DNA of 55,361 nt. It comes from Candidatus Nanopelagicaceae bacterium. Its GTDB lineage: Archaea; Asgardarchaeota; Lokiarchaeia; Sigyniarchaeales; SOKP01. The notes below the pieces were generated by a model. It had not been told where the DNA came from. It saw only the letters and a list, made by a program, of their open reading frames with translations, and ran no database searches. Where the stretch lies: contig DATKTW010000106.1 in the NCBI GenBank assembly GCA_035530895.1, positions 1-55,361 on the forward strand, in the 5' to 3' direction. The position numbers and the translations under genes were made by a program. Shown in pieces: positions 10,486-20,096 of this stretch. Positions within the stretch are counted from its first letter, which is position 1. The number at the start of each line of letters is the position of its first letter.

Positions 10486-11634
10486 TTATTTCTGTTTTGA
10501 TAGATATCTAATTTTCACTAATAGGTCTCGTAATTCCATTTTATCACTATCCGAAGTAATGTATTTCTTTTTTACCCCTTCTGAAAGTGGTATCGTTTCA
10601 ATTTTATTTCCTTGAAGCGAAACCATGCTTCCAAATTTACCTTCCAAAACAAGATTCATAGCTGCTAAACCAAATCTCAATCCTAAAATTCTATCGAAGG
10701 AATTAGGAGTTCCTGCTCGCATTGTGTGGCCCAGGACTACGCTTCTACACTCAAAATCCACCCCATTATTCTCAAATTCCTTTTTCAAATCTTCTCTTAA
10801 ATTGAGTTCGTCAACAATTATTTTGGATATATTCAATTTTACAAGCAAAGGGTTTCCATATGTATCTTTAGGTAATTTATCTATCGTTTCTTCTGATATT
10901 GTTTTAAAATCCTTTTTCAACGACTCAGAATTTGGATAAGCTCCTTCTGAGGTGGCAATTATGTGATATTTGTACCCTGCATTGACTCTTTTTTTAAGCA
11001 CATCAATAATGTCCTTTTCTAAACTAAACGGTGATTCAGGAACTAATATTATATCGGCACCAGCAGAAATTCCACTATACAATGTAAGAAATCCTGCGTC
11101 TCTTCCCATAACTTCTACTACAAATACCCTTTGATGAGATCTTGCGGTAGTCGTTAAGTTATCCATCGCATTAGAAGCTAGTTGTACAGCACTCCAAAAC
11201 CCAAATGTGTAATGCGTTCCCGCTAGATCGTTGTCGATCGTTTTTGGGCATCCTATTACATTTGCCTTTGCGTATTTACACATAGCATCAGCAACGCTCA
11301 AAGTGTCATCCCCCCCAATTGCGATTAACGCATCAATACCTAATTCCTCTAATTTATTTACCAAATCCTTAGCAACTTCTTTTTTAGATTCTACTCCCTT
11401 GAAAGGATTAGTTCTGCTTGTGTACAAAATTGTGCCTCCTATTGTATGTAAATCATCATGTTCTGCTATTTTAAGAGGGATTGTTAGATTTTCTATAAGA
11501 CCTTTCCAACCTTTGAGGATTCCAACGCATTCTATGCCTGCATCGTAAGCTTTTAGCATAATTCCGTAAATAACTGAGTTTAAACCTGGGCAATCACCAC
11601 CCCCTGTGAGGATTCCGATTTTCTTAATTGTCAT
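10486..11634 (-). CDS. pfp: PfkA-family 6-phosphofructokinase, predicted pyrophosphate-dependent
   Basis: Motifs GILTGGGDCPGLN, IGGDDT, PKTIDND and MGR. Asp in GGDDT and Lys in PKTIDND occupy the positions that are Gly/Gly in ATP-dependent PFKs. Confidence 0.8.
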   Translation of the reverse strand: MTIKKIGILTGGGDCPGLNSVIYGIMLKAYDAGIECVGILKGWKGLIENLTIPLKIAEHDDLHTIGGTILYTSRTNPFKGVESKKEVAKDLVNKLEELGIDALIAIGGDDTLSVADAMCKYAKANVIGCPKTIDNDLAGTHYTFGFWSAVQLASNAMDNLTTTARSHQRVFVVEVMGRDAGFLTLYSGISAGADIILVPESPFSLEKDIIDVLKKRVNAGYKYHIIATSEGAYPNSESLKKDFKTISEETIDKLPKDTYGNPLLVKLNISKIIVDELNLREDLKKEFENNGVDFECRSVVLGHTMRAGTPNSFDRILGLRFGLAAMNLVLEGKFGSMVSLQGNKIETIPLSEGVKKKYITSDSDKMELRDLLVKIRYLSKQK

Positions 11635-11712
11635 TTGATTTCACACATATTTTAAATCTATATTTTAGGTTTTATATCTATTTATAAATTATGATAATTT
11701 CATTTATTACTT

Positions 11713-12282
11713 TTAATTTAGTTCTTTATTTTCTAATTTTTCAAACGAATATTTTGATTCATCTTCAGGAATGATATAACTTCCTCCTCCTGTGTCAGTA
11801 ACAATTAAAGTAAATGCAAATTCTCCCTTTACCGCCTGATGTAGATCATGTAAAATTTTATCAATTTCTTCTATTTGAACATCGTCCTTTTCTAGATTTT
11901 TACGATATATGGATACGGCATTCTCAAATCGGTATAATATTCCTTCAACATTGGTGTAATAAAAATCGGCCTTTGGACCAGGCACTACGAATAATTCCAA
12001 CTCCGGAATTTCTAATTTTCCAACGGGGGAACGATAGATTTTTGATTTTAAATCTTTTTCATTTGAAACTCTTAAAGTCATTATTCCTGGAGTATTGTTG
12101 GTAGTCAAAGGAATTATATCATTGTTAGTAAAATTACAAATGTTACATTCGAATTTAATAATTAACATTTTATCTCCGTCAGGTACGTCATAAGTTGTTT
12201 TATGAATTTTTATTTTACCCTTTTTACATGAAGGACATTTGAATGAAAATTCTTCTTCCTCATTTTTTGATTTTTCTGACAA
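11713..12282 (-). CDS. ZPR1-type zinc-finger protein
   Basis: 189 aa. CPSC...CNIC flank the YDVPDGDKMLIIKFEC segment, as in archaeal ZPR1-like C4 zinc-finger proteins. TTG start. Confidence 0.6.
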   Translation of the reverse strand: MSEKSKNEEEEFSFKCPSCKKGKIKIHKTTYDVPDGDKMLIIKFECNICNFTNNDIIPLTTNNTPGIMTLRVSNEKDLKSKIYRSPVGKLEIPELELFVVPGPKADFYYTNVEGILYRFENAVSIYRKNLEKDDVQIEEIDKILHDLHQAVKGEFAFTLIVTDTGGGSYIIPEDESKYSFEKLENKELN

Positions 12283-12441
12283 AATTAATCACAGTCTACA
12301 TTACTAGATTTTAGGTAATCATTATTATTAATTTTCAACAATTTCAGTGGCTTACTTATAAATTTTATCCAGAAATTTTTAATTTATTGCTAGTTACTTT
12401 ACCTTAGTAGTTCTATTTAAGATAATTTTATAAGTTATCCA

Positions 12442-12466
12442 AAAACAATAACAATATTATTGTTTT
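12442..12466. promoter_or_regulatory. perfect 10-bp inverted repeat upstream of the oxidoreductase operon
   Basis: AAAACAATAA-caata-TTATTGTTTT lies about 57-81 nt upstream of the porG TTG start. Confidence 0.3.
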
Positions 12467-12522
12467 ACGGCTTGTGTAATAATCAAAATTATAAGATCGA
12501 ATAAATTGAAGGTTGGAAAAAA

Positions 12523-13107
12523 TTGACGGATAATGGTAAAATAGAAATTACCTTTCACGGTCGAGGAGGACAAACCGCTATAACTGCTAGTCAACTTCTA
12601 GCTCAATTGGCTTATGAAGAAAGTTTTAAAGACGCAATTGCGATACCTATTATTGGAGCAGAGAGGAGAGGGGCACCTATCCAAGCATTTACTAAGTTAT
12701 CAAGGAACAAAACGATAAAAACTTACGATAGTGTAATAAATCCAGATTACATGTTAATTTTTGACCCCTCACTATTAGATATTCCTAGAGTTTTGGAGAC
12801 GATAAAAAGTGGAGTCACATTATTAATTAATACAAAAAATCCGATTGATACTTGTGAATTTCCCGAAAACATAAAAATTTATATTGTTGATGCTACAGGA
12901 ATCTGTATAAAATTAGGATTTATGCATTCGAGTGGACCCATTTTGAACATTCCAATGCTGGGGGCATTTGGCCAATTAACTGGCTTCTATAATTTAGACA
13001 CTATGAAAAAAGTGATCTATAGCGAATATGGAGAAGCTAGGGGTAAGAAAAATTTAGAAGTTGCTGTCGAAGCTTACAATAGTGTTAAGGAGGTTGAATT
13101 TGAATGA
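12523..13107 (+). CDS. porG: 2-oxoacid (pyruvate):ferredoxin oxidoreductase gamma subunit
   Basis: 194 aa with HGRGGQ...AERRGAP, typical of the gamma subunit. It is the first gene of a G-D-A-B order operon. Confidence 0.85.
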   Translation: MTDNGKIEITFHGRGGQTAITASQLLAQLAYEESFKDAIAIPIIGAERRGAPIQAFTKLSRNKTIKTYDSVINPDYMLIFDPSLLDIPRVLETIKSGVTLLINTKNPIDTCEFPENIKIYIVDATGICIKLGFMHSSGPILNIPMLGAFGQLTGFYNLDTMKKVIYSEYGEARGKKNLEVAVEAYNSVKEVEFE

Positions 13108-13442
13108 ATAAGGTGAAATGGAAGAATATATGCGAAGACAAAGATAAGCGACCTGAAGTTCAAGAATATAAAAATTGGAAAGAACTACCTCCAATCCCAA
13201 TATCCTTTCCTATTAAAGGAAGTATAGGAAACACAGGAGATTGGAGAACGTTTAAACCTGTTGTAGATCGGGATACTTGTACTAAATGTGGTATTTGCTG
13301 GATGTATTGCCCCGAAGGTACAATAATCAGAAATGAAGAAGGAGAATTTGAAGTTGATTATAAATATTGCAAGGGTTGTGGTATATGCGCTAAAGAATGC
13401 CCCACAAAAAGTATAGAAATGGTTAGAGAGAGTGAAGTTTAA
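13104..13442 (+). CDS. porD: 2-oxoacid:ferredoxin oxidoreductase delta subunit (2x[4Fe-4S])
   Basis: CTKCGICWMYCP and CKGCGICAKECP cluster motifs. Overlaps porG by 4 nt. Confidence 0.85.
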   Translation: MNKVKWKNICEDKDKRPEVQEYKNWKELPPIPISFPIKGSIGNTGDWRTFKPVVDRDTCTKCGICWMYCPEGTIIRNEEGEFEVDYKYCKGCGICAKECPTKSIEMVRESEV

Positions 13443-13443
13443 T

Positions 13444-14700
13444 ATGGTTAAAGCACAAGAAGATTTTACACAGAAAAGAGAAACTAAGATAATAAAGGGT
13501 AATGTAGCAGCAGCCTACGCCGCGAAATCTGCACGAGTCCAAGTGATAAGTGCTTATCCCATTACACCACAAACAACTGTAGTAGAAAAATTATCAGAGT
13601 TCGCAGATAACGGTGAGATGCCGGGAACTCAATATATTAACGTTGAATCAGAACACTCCGTAATGGCATCGATTATTGGTGCAAGTACCGCAGGGACTCG
13701 TACTTTCACTGCTACATCTGGACAAGGATTATTTTATATGTATGAGATGGTCCATTGGGCAGCAGGTGCGCGTCTACCTATAGTTACTACGATTGCTTCA
13801 AGAGCTCCTGCTCCTCCGTGGAATATTTGGGCAGACTTCACAGATGTAATTAGTTGTAGAGATACTGGTTGGATGATTTCATTTGCTTCAGGGCACCAAG
13901 AAATTTATGATGATATATTAATGTCATATAAAATTAGCGAAGATTACGATATTTTATTACCTAAATTTGTAGCTTATGGGGGATTTACTCTATCTCATAC
14001 ATCTAAGCCTGTAACCATCGAGGATCAAGATGAAGTGGATGATTTTTTACCACCACTTCCAGATGAGAGAGGATGGCCCCATATTTTTCTCGATCCTGAA
14101 AGACCAATGATGCACGGGAATCTAATCATGCCATCTGGTTTTTACAATGAATTTAGATTAAAAATTCATTATACTCATACTATAGCAAAGCAAAAAATCA
14201 AGGATGTTGCTGCAGAATTTGAGAAAAAGTTTGGTAGATCTTATGGAAATGGATTAATTGAAGAATATAAAATGAAAGATGCGGAAGTTGCTATACTTAA
14301 TTATGGTGAACTTGCCATGCAGATGGAAGATGCGGTTGATGAACTTAGGATTGAAGGATATAAAGTGGGATGTGTAAAATTAAGATATTTCCGACCGTTT
14401 CCAGTCGAAGATATAATACAAATTGCTAATAAAGTTAAGGTTCTTGGCGTAGCAGACAGAGCTACAGCGTTTGGATCTCCGACTGGAGGGCCCGTAAGTA
14501 GTGAAGTAAAAGCAGCTCTATATGGTTCTGGAGTAACTACAAAAGTTTTACCAATTGTAATGGGTTTAGGTGGTAGAGAAGTTGGATTAGAACAACAGAA
14601 AAATCAATTAAAAGTATTGACTAAATTAAATGAAACTGGAGAGTTTCCAAAAGATATGATTGAAGGAACTTTCTGGGATGGATTATTGGAGGTCGATTAA
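13444..14700 (+). CDS. porA: 2-oxoacid:ferredoxin oxidoreductase alpha subunit
   Basis: GNVAAAYAA...YPITPQT...ESEHS motifs. The ATG at 13444 is preferred over the overlapping GTG at 13432. Confidence 0.85.
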   Translation: MVKAQEDFTQKRETKIIKGNVAAAYAAKSARVQVISAYPITPQTTVVEKLSEFADNGEMPGTQYINVESEHSVMASIIGASTAGTRTFTATSGQGLFYMYEMVHWAAGARLPIVTTIASRAPAPPWNIWADFTDVISCRDTGWMISFASGHQEIYDDILMSYKISEDYDILLPKFVAYGGFTLSHTSKPVTIEDQDEVDDFLPPLPDERGWPHIFLDPERPMMHGNLIMPSGFYNEFRLKIHYTHTIAKQKIKDVAAEFEKKFGRSYGNGLIEEYKMKDAEVAILNYGELAMQMEDAVDELRIEGYKVGCVKLRYFRPFPVEDIIQIANKVKVLGVADRATAFGSPTGGPVSSEVKAALYGSGVTTKVLPIVMGLGGREVGLEQQKNQLKVLTKLNETGEFPKDMIEGTFWDGLLEVD

Positions 14701-14702
14701 AA

Positions 14703-15641
14703 ATGGTATCCATAAAAGAAGCATTAGAAATTGGACAAGAAGAATATTTTTTAGCAGGGAATTCTACATGTGCAGGTTGCGGTCTTGAAATAGCTATAAG
14801 GTGGGCTATGAAAGCTCTTGGTCCAAATACATCCCTAGTTACGCCTGCTAGTTGTTTAAATGTTGTTGTTGGATTATGGCCTAAGACAGCACCAAATTTT
14901 CCGTTTATGAATATGGCATTTGCTGCAGGAGCTGCAGCAGCAACAGGAGTATCTGCAGCTTTTAAAGCAAAATCGTATAGATTTCCAGGCAAAGTATGGG
15001 AAAAAATGACATCTTTAGTTTTTGCTGGTGATGGAGGAACAACAGATATAGGGATTCAAGGTTTAAGTGGTGCAGCTGAAAGAAATTCTAATATCATTTA
15101 TTGTTGTTACGATAACGAAGCATACATGAATACTGGAATTCAACGATCATCTAGCACTCCACATGGAGCAATAACGACTACAACCACATTAGGAAAAGAA
15201 CGATATAAGAAAAATCTACCGCGAATAATGGCGGCACATGAAATCCCTTATGTTGCTACTTGTTCTGTAAGCGAACCTCTTGATATCTATGAGAAATTTA
15301 AAAAAGCAAAATCAATTGATGGGTGCAAGTACATTCATATTTTAGCTTCTTGTCCTCCTGGATGGGGCATTGCATCCGAAGATTCTATTGAAATACCTCG
15401 TTTAGCAGTTAAAACAGGTTCATGGATTTTATATGAAATCGAAAACGGTGTTTTAACATTATCAAAAAAAAGCAAACCACTATTAGATCCCTCAAAAAGA
15501 GCTCCACTAATTGAATACTTATCAAGACAAAAACGGTTCTCGAAAATATCTGAAAAAGATTTAATTGAACTTCAAGAAATACTCGATCTTCAGTGGTTTA
15601 AAATCGCTGATGAATTATCCTGCCAAGAAAATCATCAGTGA
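14703..15641 (+). CDS. porB: 2-oxoacid:ferredoxin oxidoreductase beta subunit (TPP-binding)
   Basis: CAGCG cluster ligands and the GDGGTxDIG...NEAYMNTG TPP-binding motif. Confidence 0.85.
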   Translation: MVSIKEALEIGQEEYFLAGNSTCAGCGLEIAIRWAMKALGPNTSLVTPASCLNVVVGLWPKTAPNFPFMNMAFAAGAAAATGVSAAFKAKSYRFPGKVWEKMTSLVFAGDGGTTDIGIQGLSGAAERNSNIIYCCYDNEAYMNTGIQRSSSTPHGAITTTTTLGKERYKKNLPRIMAAHEIPYVATCSVSEPLDIYEKFKKAKSIDGCKYIHILASCPPGWGIASEDSIEIPRLAVKTGSWILYEIENGVLTLSKKSKPLLDPSKRAPLIEYLSRQKRFSKISEKDLIELQEILDLQWFKIADELSCQENHQ

Positions 15642-15686
15642 AGCCTTTTTTATTATATAATAAACTTATAATCCAAATGAATCCAA

Positions 15687-16349
15687 ATGGGTTTTTTAAT
15701 AAAACTTAAAGGAAAAAAAATTCAAGATTTAGAATTTGTTCTCGAAATCGCAGTGGAGAACATTATCGAAGGTAAACTTATTGCTTTTCCGACTAATTCA
15801 GTTTATGGTCTAGGGGGAGATCCTCTCAATCTTGAAGTAATAAATAGAATTTACGATATTAAGTATCGAGATCGTTCAAAGGGATTATTACTATTAGTTG
15901 CAGATACTGAAGAAGCAGAAAAAGTTGCAGATTTTAACAAAATAAGTTATAGATTAGCTGAACGCTTCTGGCCTGGTCAACTGACATTAATATTAAAAAA
16001 AAAAGAACTTAACATTATTCCTCCGGAAGTTACAGCTTTTAAAAATACGATTGGTATTCGCGTACCAGAAAACGAGATAATCTTAACCATTTTAAAAAAA
16101 TTAAAATTAAAAGGATACTTTGGCGGAATAATTGGAACTTCAGCTAACTATTCTGGAGAACCCCCATCAATTAGTGGAGATGAAGTGGCGAAGAAATTTT
16201 TAACACCGATAGATTTAATACTTGACGGAGGAAAAACCCAAACGAAAATTTCCACAACAATTCTTGATTGCACCTCAGAAGAGTTAAAGCTATTGAGGAT
16301 TGGGATTATAAAAGAAGAGGAAATTGAAGATTATATTGAATCAAATTAA
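15687..16349 (+). CDS. tsaC: L-threonylcarbamoyladenylate synthase (Sua5/TsaC/YrdC domain only)
   Basis: Motifs PTNSVYGLGGDP, KYRDRSKGLLLLV and SANYSGEP are typical of YrdC/Sua5. Confidence 0.8.
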   Translation: MGFLIKLKGKKIQDLEFVLEIAVENIIEGKLIAFPTNSVYGLGGDPLNLEVINRIYDIKYRDRSKGLLLLVADTEEAEKVADFNKISYRLAERFWPGQLTLILKKKELNIIPPEVTAFKNTIGIRVPENEIILTILKKLKLKGYFGGIIGTSANYSGEPPSISGDEVAKKFLTPIDLILDGGKTQTKISTTILDCTSEELKLLRIGIIKEEEIEDYIESN

Positions 16350-16371
16350 GATTAACTATTTGGAGTAAATA

Positions 16372-16902
16372 TTGAATAACTTTAATTTATTAGTCTCAAC
16401 TTCGAGATTTAACGAAGTGAATGCAAAAGCAGAAATTTGGTTTACTCTGTTAATGTGTGGGGATAAATATCCCATTATATTAGGGATCAAATATCCCGGA
16501 TTAATAACTGCTACAACCAATATTGGTAATAAAGAAGTGATACTAAAGATTAAAAAAATCCTTGAAAAAGATTCTCGTTTTTTTCAATTCATCCTTAAAA
16601 TTGTCCCTATTAATTATGTGTGTGAAACCAAACTAAATGTAATAAAAGATTTTGTAGAAAAATATTACCCTCTTTATTTAAACAAAGAAGATTCTTATAA
16701 GATCGAATTGAAACGCAGAAAAAATGAGATCATAGAACGAGATACCATTATTGAATCAGTGGCAAAAATTATTAATAATAGAGTCGATTTGGATAATCCA
16801 GATAAAATTCTAAGGATTGAAATTCTGGGAAATGTTAGTGGGATATCATTTCTAAATCCAGATGATATCATTATTATCCATAATAAGTATAATCAGTTCT
16901 AA
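16372..16902 (+). CDS. THUMP-domain-like RNA-binding protein (tentative)
   Basis: 176 aa. The N-terminal FNLLVSTSRFNEVNAKAEIW pattern resembles small archaeal THUMP proteins. TTG start. Confidence 0.45.
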   Translation: MNNFNLLVSTSRFNEVNAKAEIWFTLLMCGDKYPIILGIKYPGLITATTNIGNKEVILKIKKILEKDSRFFQFILKIVPINYVCETKLNVIKDFVEKYYPLYLNKEDSYKIELKRRKNEIIERDTIIESVAKIINNRVDLDNPDKILRIEILGNVSGISFLNPDDIIIIHNKYNQF

Positions 16903-17570
16903 AAAGATATCCTTTTCTCTAAACTTAATAAAGCCATTTTTTCACATATTAAATCATTCAACGCTCCATACAAGCTTTCTAAATTTAAAGAAGTTATATC
17001 TATTATGTCGTTTTTATATCCGTAAGACTTCAAGACGGTTAAAATCTGATTGTCAGAAAATTCAAAATAATTTTTGACGATTTTATACTTATCAATAGAT
17101 AAATCTCCTAAATTTAAACTTATATCCTTGGAAAGCAAATAGTTATTTATTTCGATATTTACTTGCTGAATATTATCCTCCAGAGAGATAATACAAAAGC
17201 TTATTCTTCTATTTTGTAAATTATAACTTTTTACCCCAAAACATTCGAGGCTTAGCTTTATTTGTCTTTTAGCAGCTAAGTATAGAAGTAATTCAAGATT
17301 CTTTTTATTTGAAATATTATTTTTAGTATAGAAGGCTTTTTGGACGAAATAACAAGCATGTATTATATGTTCTGGGTTTAGAATATATCTATCGTTGAAG
17401 AATTGTAAAATAGTATCTTCATAATGACTTTGGATAACCTCAATTAATTCCACTAATTTGGTTATTTGAACTTCTTTGGGATCAATCTCAATCTGGTTAA
17501 TTCCAATGTAGTAATTAGAAACTCCATTTGAATTTGTAATAGAATAGATTTTCATAAAGGTAAACTCCAT
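16899..17570 (-). CDS. cgi121: KEOPS subunit Cgi121-like
   Basis: HIIHACYFVQKAF...NLELLLYLAAKRQIKLSLECFGVK matches the conserved Cgi121 core (compare ...EILVRASGQRQIHEAIKIIG in the methanogen protein, recalled from memory). Confidence 0.6.
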   Translation of the reverse strand: MEFTFMKIYSITNSNGVSNYYIGINQIEIDPKEVQITKLVELIEVIQSHYEDTILQFFNDRYILNPEHIIHACYFVQKAFYTKNNISNKKNLELLLYLAAKRQIKLSLECFGVKSYNLQNRRISFCIISLEDNIQQVNIEINNYLLSKDISLNLGDLSIDKYKIVKNYFEFSDNQILTVLKSYGYKNDIIDITSLNLESLYGALNDLICEKMALLSLEKRISF

Positions 17571-18328
17571 CTAAACCATAATGGCATTAAAATAAAGTTA
17601 ATTTTAACATATATTGAAAAAGTCAATAAAAAAATCAAGTATAGCGAAAATATCCAATCTTTTAAGGAATATCTAATCGTATAATAAAATGTCCGACCTT
17701 TTTTACTACCAAAAGATCGTGATTCTAAGGCTTCTGCTACGTTAAAGGCTCTTTTTATAGAACTAACTATAAGAGGAACTAAGAGAGGAAATAGGTTTCT
17801 TATTTGATTTATTATCCCTTTTTTTTGCATTTCATAACCTCGACTCTGTTGAGCATCGATGATATTTTGTGTTTCTATAGCAATAGTTGGAACAAACCTA
17901 AATGCTAACGAGAAAGAAAATGCATACTCGTATGGAATTTTCATACTAATTAGGGAAAGAGCTAAATCGTTTGGATCTACAGTTAAAAAAAATAAAGAAA
18001 ATGCTGAAATCATTATTGAAATTCTTAAAATCATAGCAATCGCAAATGATAATCCATTTTCATTAATAAATAGAGTATTAAGAACAATAATAAAAATATA
18101 GAGAAAAGACATTCCCTTGACGCTCTCTAACCATTTTTTAAATAACCTTCCTATAATTATTACTGGGAGTAGGGTTATTAAAAGTAGTAATAAGGGGATT
18201 ATTTCTTGAAATAATAGAGCGCTAATAGTGTATGTTATCGCTAGTAATAATTTAGCTCTTGGATCTAAATTGTGGAGAAAAGTCTCTTTTTTCAAGAATT
18301 TGAACGCACTCAGAAATTCTAAAGACAT
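17552..18328 (-). CDS. ecfT: ECF transporter transmembrane (T) component
   Basis: 258 aa and polytopic. The FRFVPTI...QQSRG motif is typical of EcfT/CbiQ. It sits downstream of two EcfA genes. Confidence 0.75.
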   Translation of the reverse strand: MSLEFLSAFKFLKKETFLHNLDPRAKLLLAITYTISALLFQEIIPLLLLLITLLPVIIIGRLFKKWLESVKGMSFLYIFIIVLNTLFINENGLSFAIAMILRISIMISAFSLFFLTVDPNDLALSLISMKIPYEYAFSFSLAFRFVPTIAIETQNIIDAQQSRGYEMQKKGIINQIRNLFPLLVPLIVSSIKRAFNVAEALESRSFGSKKGRTFYYTIRYSLKDWIFSLYLIFLLTFSIYVKINFILMPLWFRWSLPL

Positions 18329-18345
18329 TTATTAATTTTCCTCCT

Positions 18346-19203
18346 TTAAATTGTGGATTTGCTTTCCAAATAATTATCCAGAAAACTAATTATTTCGCTT
18401 TCTCTAATAACTTCTTTAGGAATAGTAATTCCTATTTTTTGAAGTTCTTTTTTGAATAGATATATTTGCGGCATAATTAATGAAGATTTTGATATTAAAA
18501 ACTCGTTAGTAAAAATACTCTGTGTTGGACCATCTGCAATAATTTGTCCTCCACCCATCAAGATTATCCTTGGAGCATGTTCTATTGTAAACTCTATGTT
18601 ATGTGTCACCATTATTATTGTTTTTCCTCTTTTTAGCTCGTTTTTTATTAATCCAAGGAAGAAATTAATCTCTTTTGCATCTTGCCCTAATGTTGGTTCA
18701 TCAAAAACTAGAATGTCAGGGTCACGACAAATAATAGAAGCTATAGCTAATTTTTTTGATTCTCCACCAGATAAGTTTAATGGGGATCTTTTTCGATATT
18801 TTTCGAGATCAAATTCCTTTAGTATTTGATCAACTTTTATTTGAATTTCTTCTTTATCTAAATTTAGACTTTTCAAGGAAAATTTAATTTCGTCCTCTAA
18901 TGTATTAGAAAATAGTTGATGCATAGGATTTTGGAAGATAACACCAACTTTTTTCGATATTGTAGCAATAGTTTTTGAATCAATATTTTCTCCTTCTAAA
19001 TAAATACTTCCTTTTGTTGGTCGGATTAATCCATTAAAAGTACGAATCAAAGTCGTTTTTCCCGCTCCATTTTGCCCCATTATTGCAATAAATTCGCCTT
19101 TTTTAATATTTAATGAAACTTGCTTTAACGCAATTGTTCCGTTTGAGTATACATAATCAACATCGTGTACCATTATTAAAGGGAGCGAATTTTTATCCTT
19201 CAT
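18346..19203 (-). CDS. ecfA: ECF transporter ATPase
   Basis: Walker A GQNGAGKTT, signature LSGGESKK, Walker B ILVFDEPT. Confidence 0.85.
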   Translation of the reverse strand: MKDKNSLPLIMVHDVDYVYSNGTIALKQVSLNIKKGEFIAIMGQNGAGKTTLIRTFNGLIRPTKGSIYLEGENIDSKTIATISKKVGVIFQNPMHQLFSNTLEDEIKFSLKSLNLDKEEIQIKVDQILKEFDLEKYRKRSPLNLSGGESKKLAIASIICRDPDILVFDEPTLGQDAKEINFFLGLIKNELKRGKTIIMVTHNIEFTIEHAPRIILMGGGQIIADGPTQSIFTNEFLISKSSLIMPQIYLFKKELQKIGITIPKEVIRESEIISFLDNYLESKSTI

Positions 19204-19215
19204 GAGTATTTCAAG

Positions 19216-20055
19216 TTATTTAATCATTTTTAATGAACTTATGGCATCTTGAATAGAAACTGGAATATCGTGTTGAAATTTATTTCTCTTTTTTAATTCA
19301 TTAAAAATTGAATATATTTTTGGTTTATTAATATTCGAATTCTCAAATGTGCTAGAATTTATGACTTTGTCCTTAGCACCATAAGCTATAATCTCACTTT
19401 CTTTCATTAAAATTATATCGTCTACTAATGGTAGAATTAAATCCATTCGGTGTTCACTAATTATAACAGTTATCTTCTTTTCGACTTGTATTTTTTTTAA
19501 TAGGTTTAAAATTTTTCTTGCAAATAATGGGTCCAAGTTTGCTGTTGGTTCGTCCAGAACGATAACCCTAGGTTCTAATACTAAAATTGAAGCAATAGCA
19601 ACTCGTTGTTGTTCACCACCACTTATCTCGAAAGGTGCTTTATCTATTATACTTTCAATTTCAGTTATTTCTACAACTTCCTTAATTTTTTCTTTTATTT
19701 CATCCCTTGGAATTCCTAAATTTTCCAAACCGAAAGCTATCTCATGTTCTACATTCATTGTAATTAGTTGATTTTCAGGATTTTGGAATACGATTCCAAC
19801 TTCACTAGATAATTCTGATATTGTTGTTTCAGTGGTATTTTTTCCTGAAATTTCTACATCTCCTTTATAATAGCCAGCATAAAATTGGGGGATTAATCCA
19901 TTCATACATCTAATTAATGTGGTTTTCCCAGATCCCGTCTCCCCAGCTAATAAAATAAATTTATTTGATCCTATTTCCAAATTAATTTTTTTAAGCGCAT
20001 ATTCGTCGTTTCCTTTATATCGAAAATGAAAATTATTAAATTTAATCAAGCTCAT
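19216..20055 (-). CDS. ecfA: ECF transporter ATPase
   Basis: Walker A GETGSGKTT, signature ISGGEQQR, Walker B VIVLDEPT. Confidence 0.85.
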   Translation of the reverse strand: MSLIKFNNFHFRYKGNDEYALKKINLEIGSNKFILLAGETGSGKTTLIRCMNGLIPQFYAGYYKGDVEISGKNTTETTISELSSEVGIVFQNPENQLITMNVEHEIAFGLENLGIPRDEIKEKIKEVVEITEIESIIDKAPFEISGGEQQRVAIASILVLEPRVIVLDEPTANLDPLFARKILNLLKKIQVEKKITVIISEHRMDLILPLVDDIILMKESEIIAYGAKDKVINSSTFENSNINKPKIYSIFNELKKRNKFQHDIPVSIQDAISSLKMIK

Positions 20056-20096
20056 GAAATGGGTTCTCCATAATTCTTTTTGCTTTATAAAGATAG

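Noticed and set aside
13432-13443. GTG start for porA, as given in the ORF track
   Set aside because: It overlaps the porD stop. The ATG at 13444 gives an N-terminus (MVKAQEDF...) without the extra MKFN, so the ATG start is more plausible.
15639-15641. General reassignment of TGA, considered because in-frame TGA codons precede the Hef and GTPase ORFs
   Set aside because: TGA clearly terminates well-defined genes here, including porB at 15639-15641 and the GNAT gene at 49831-49833. Only local read-through remains conceivable.
16862-17077. 71-aa plus-strand ORF
   Set aside because: It is antisense to the Cgi121-like gene and has no motifs.
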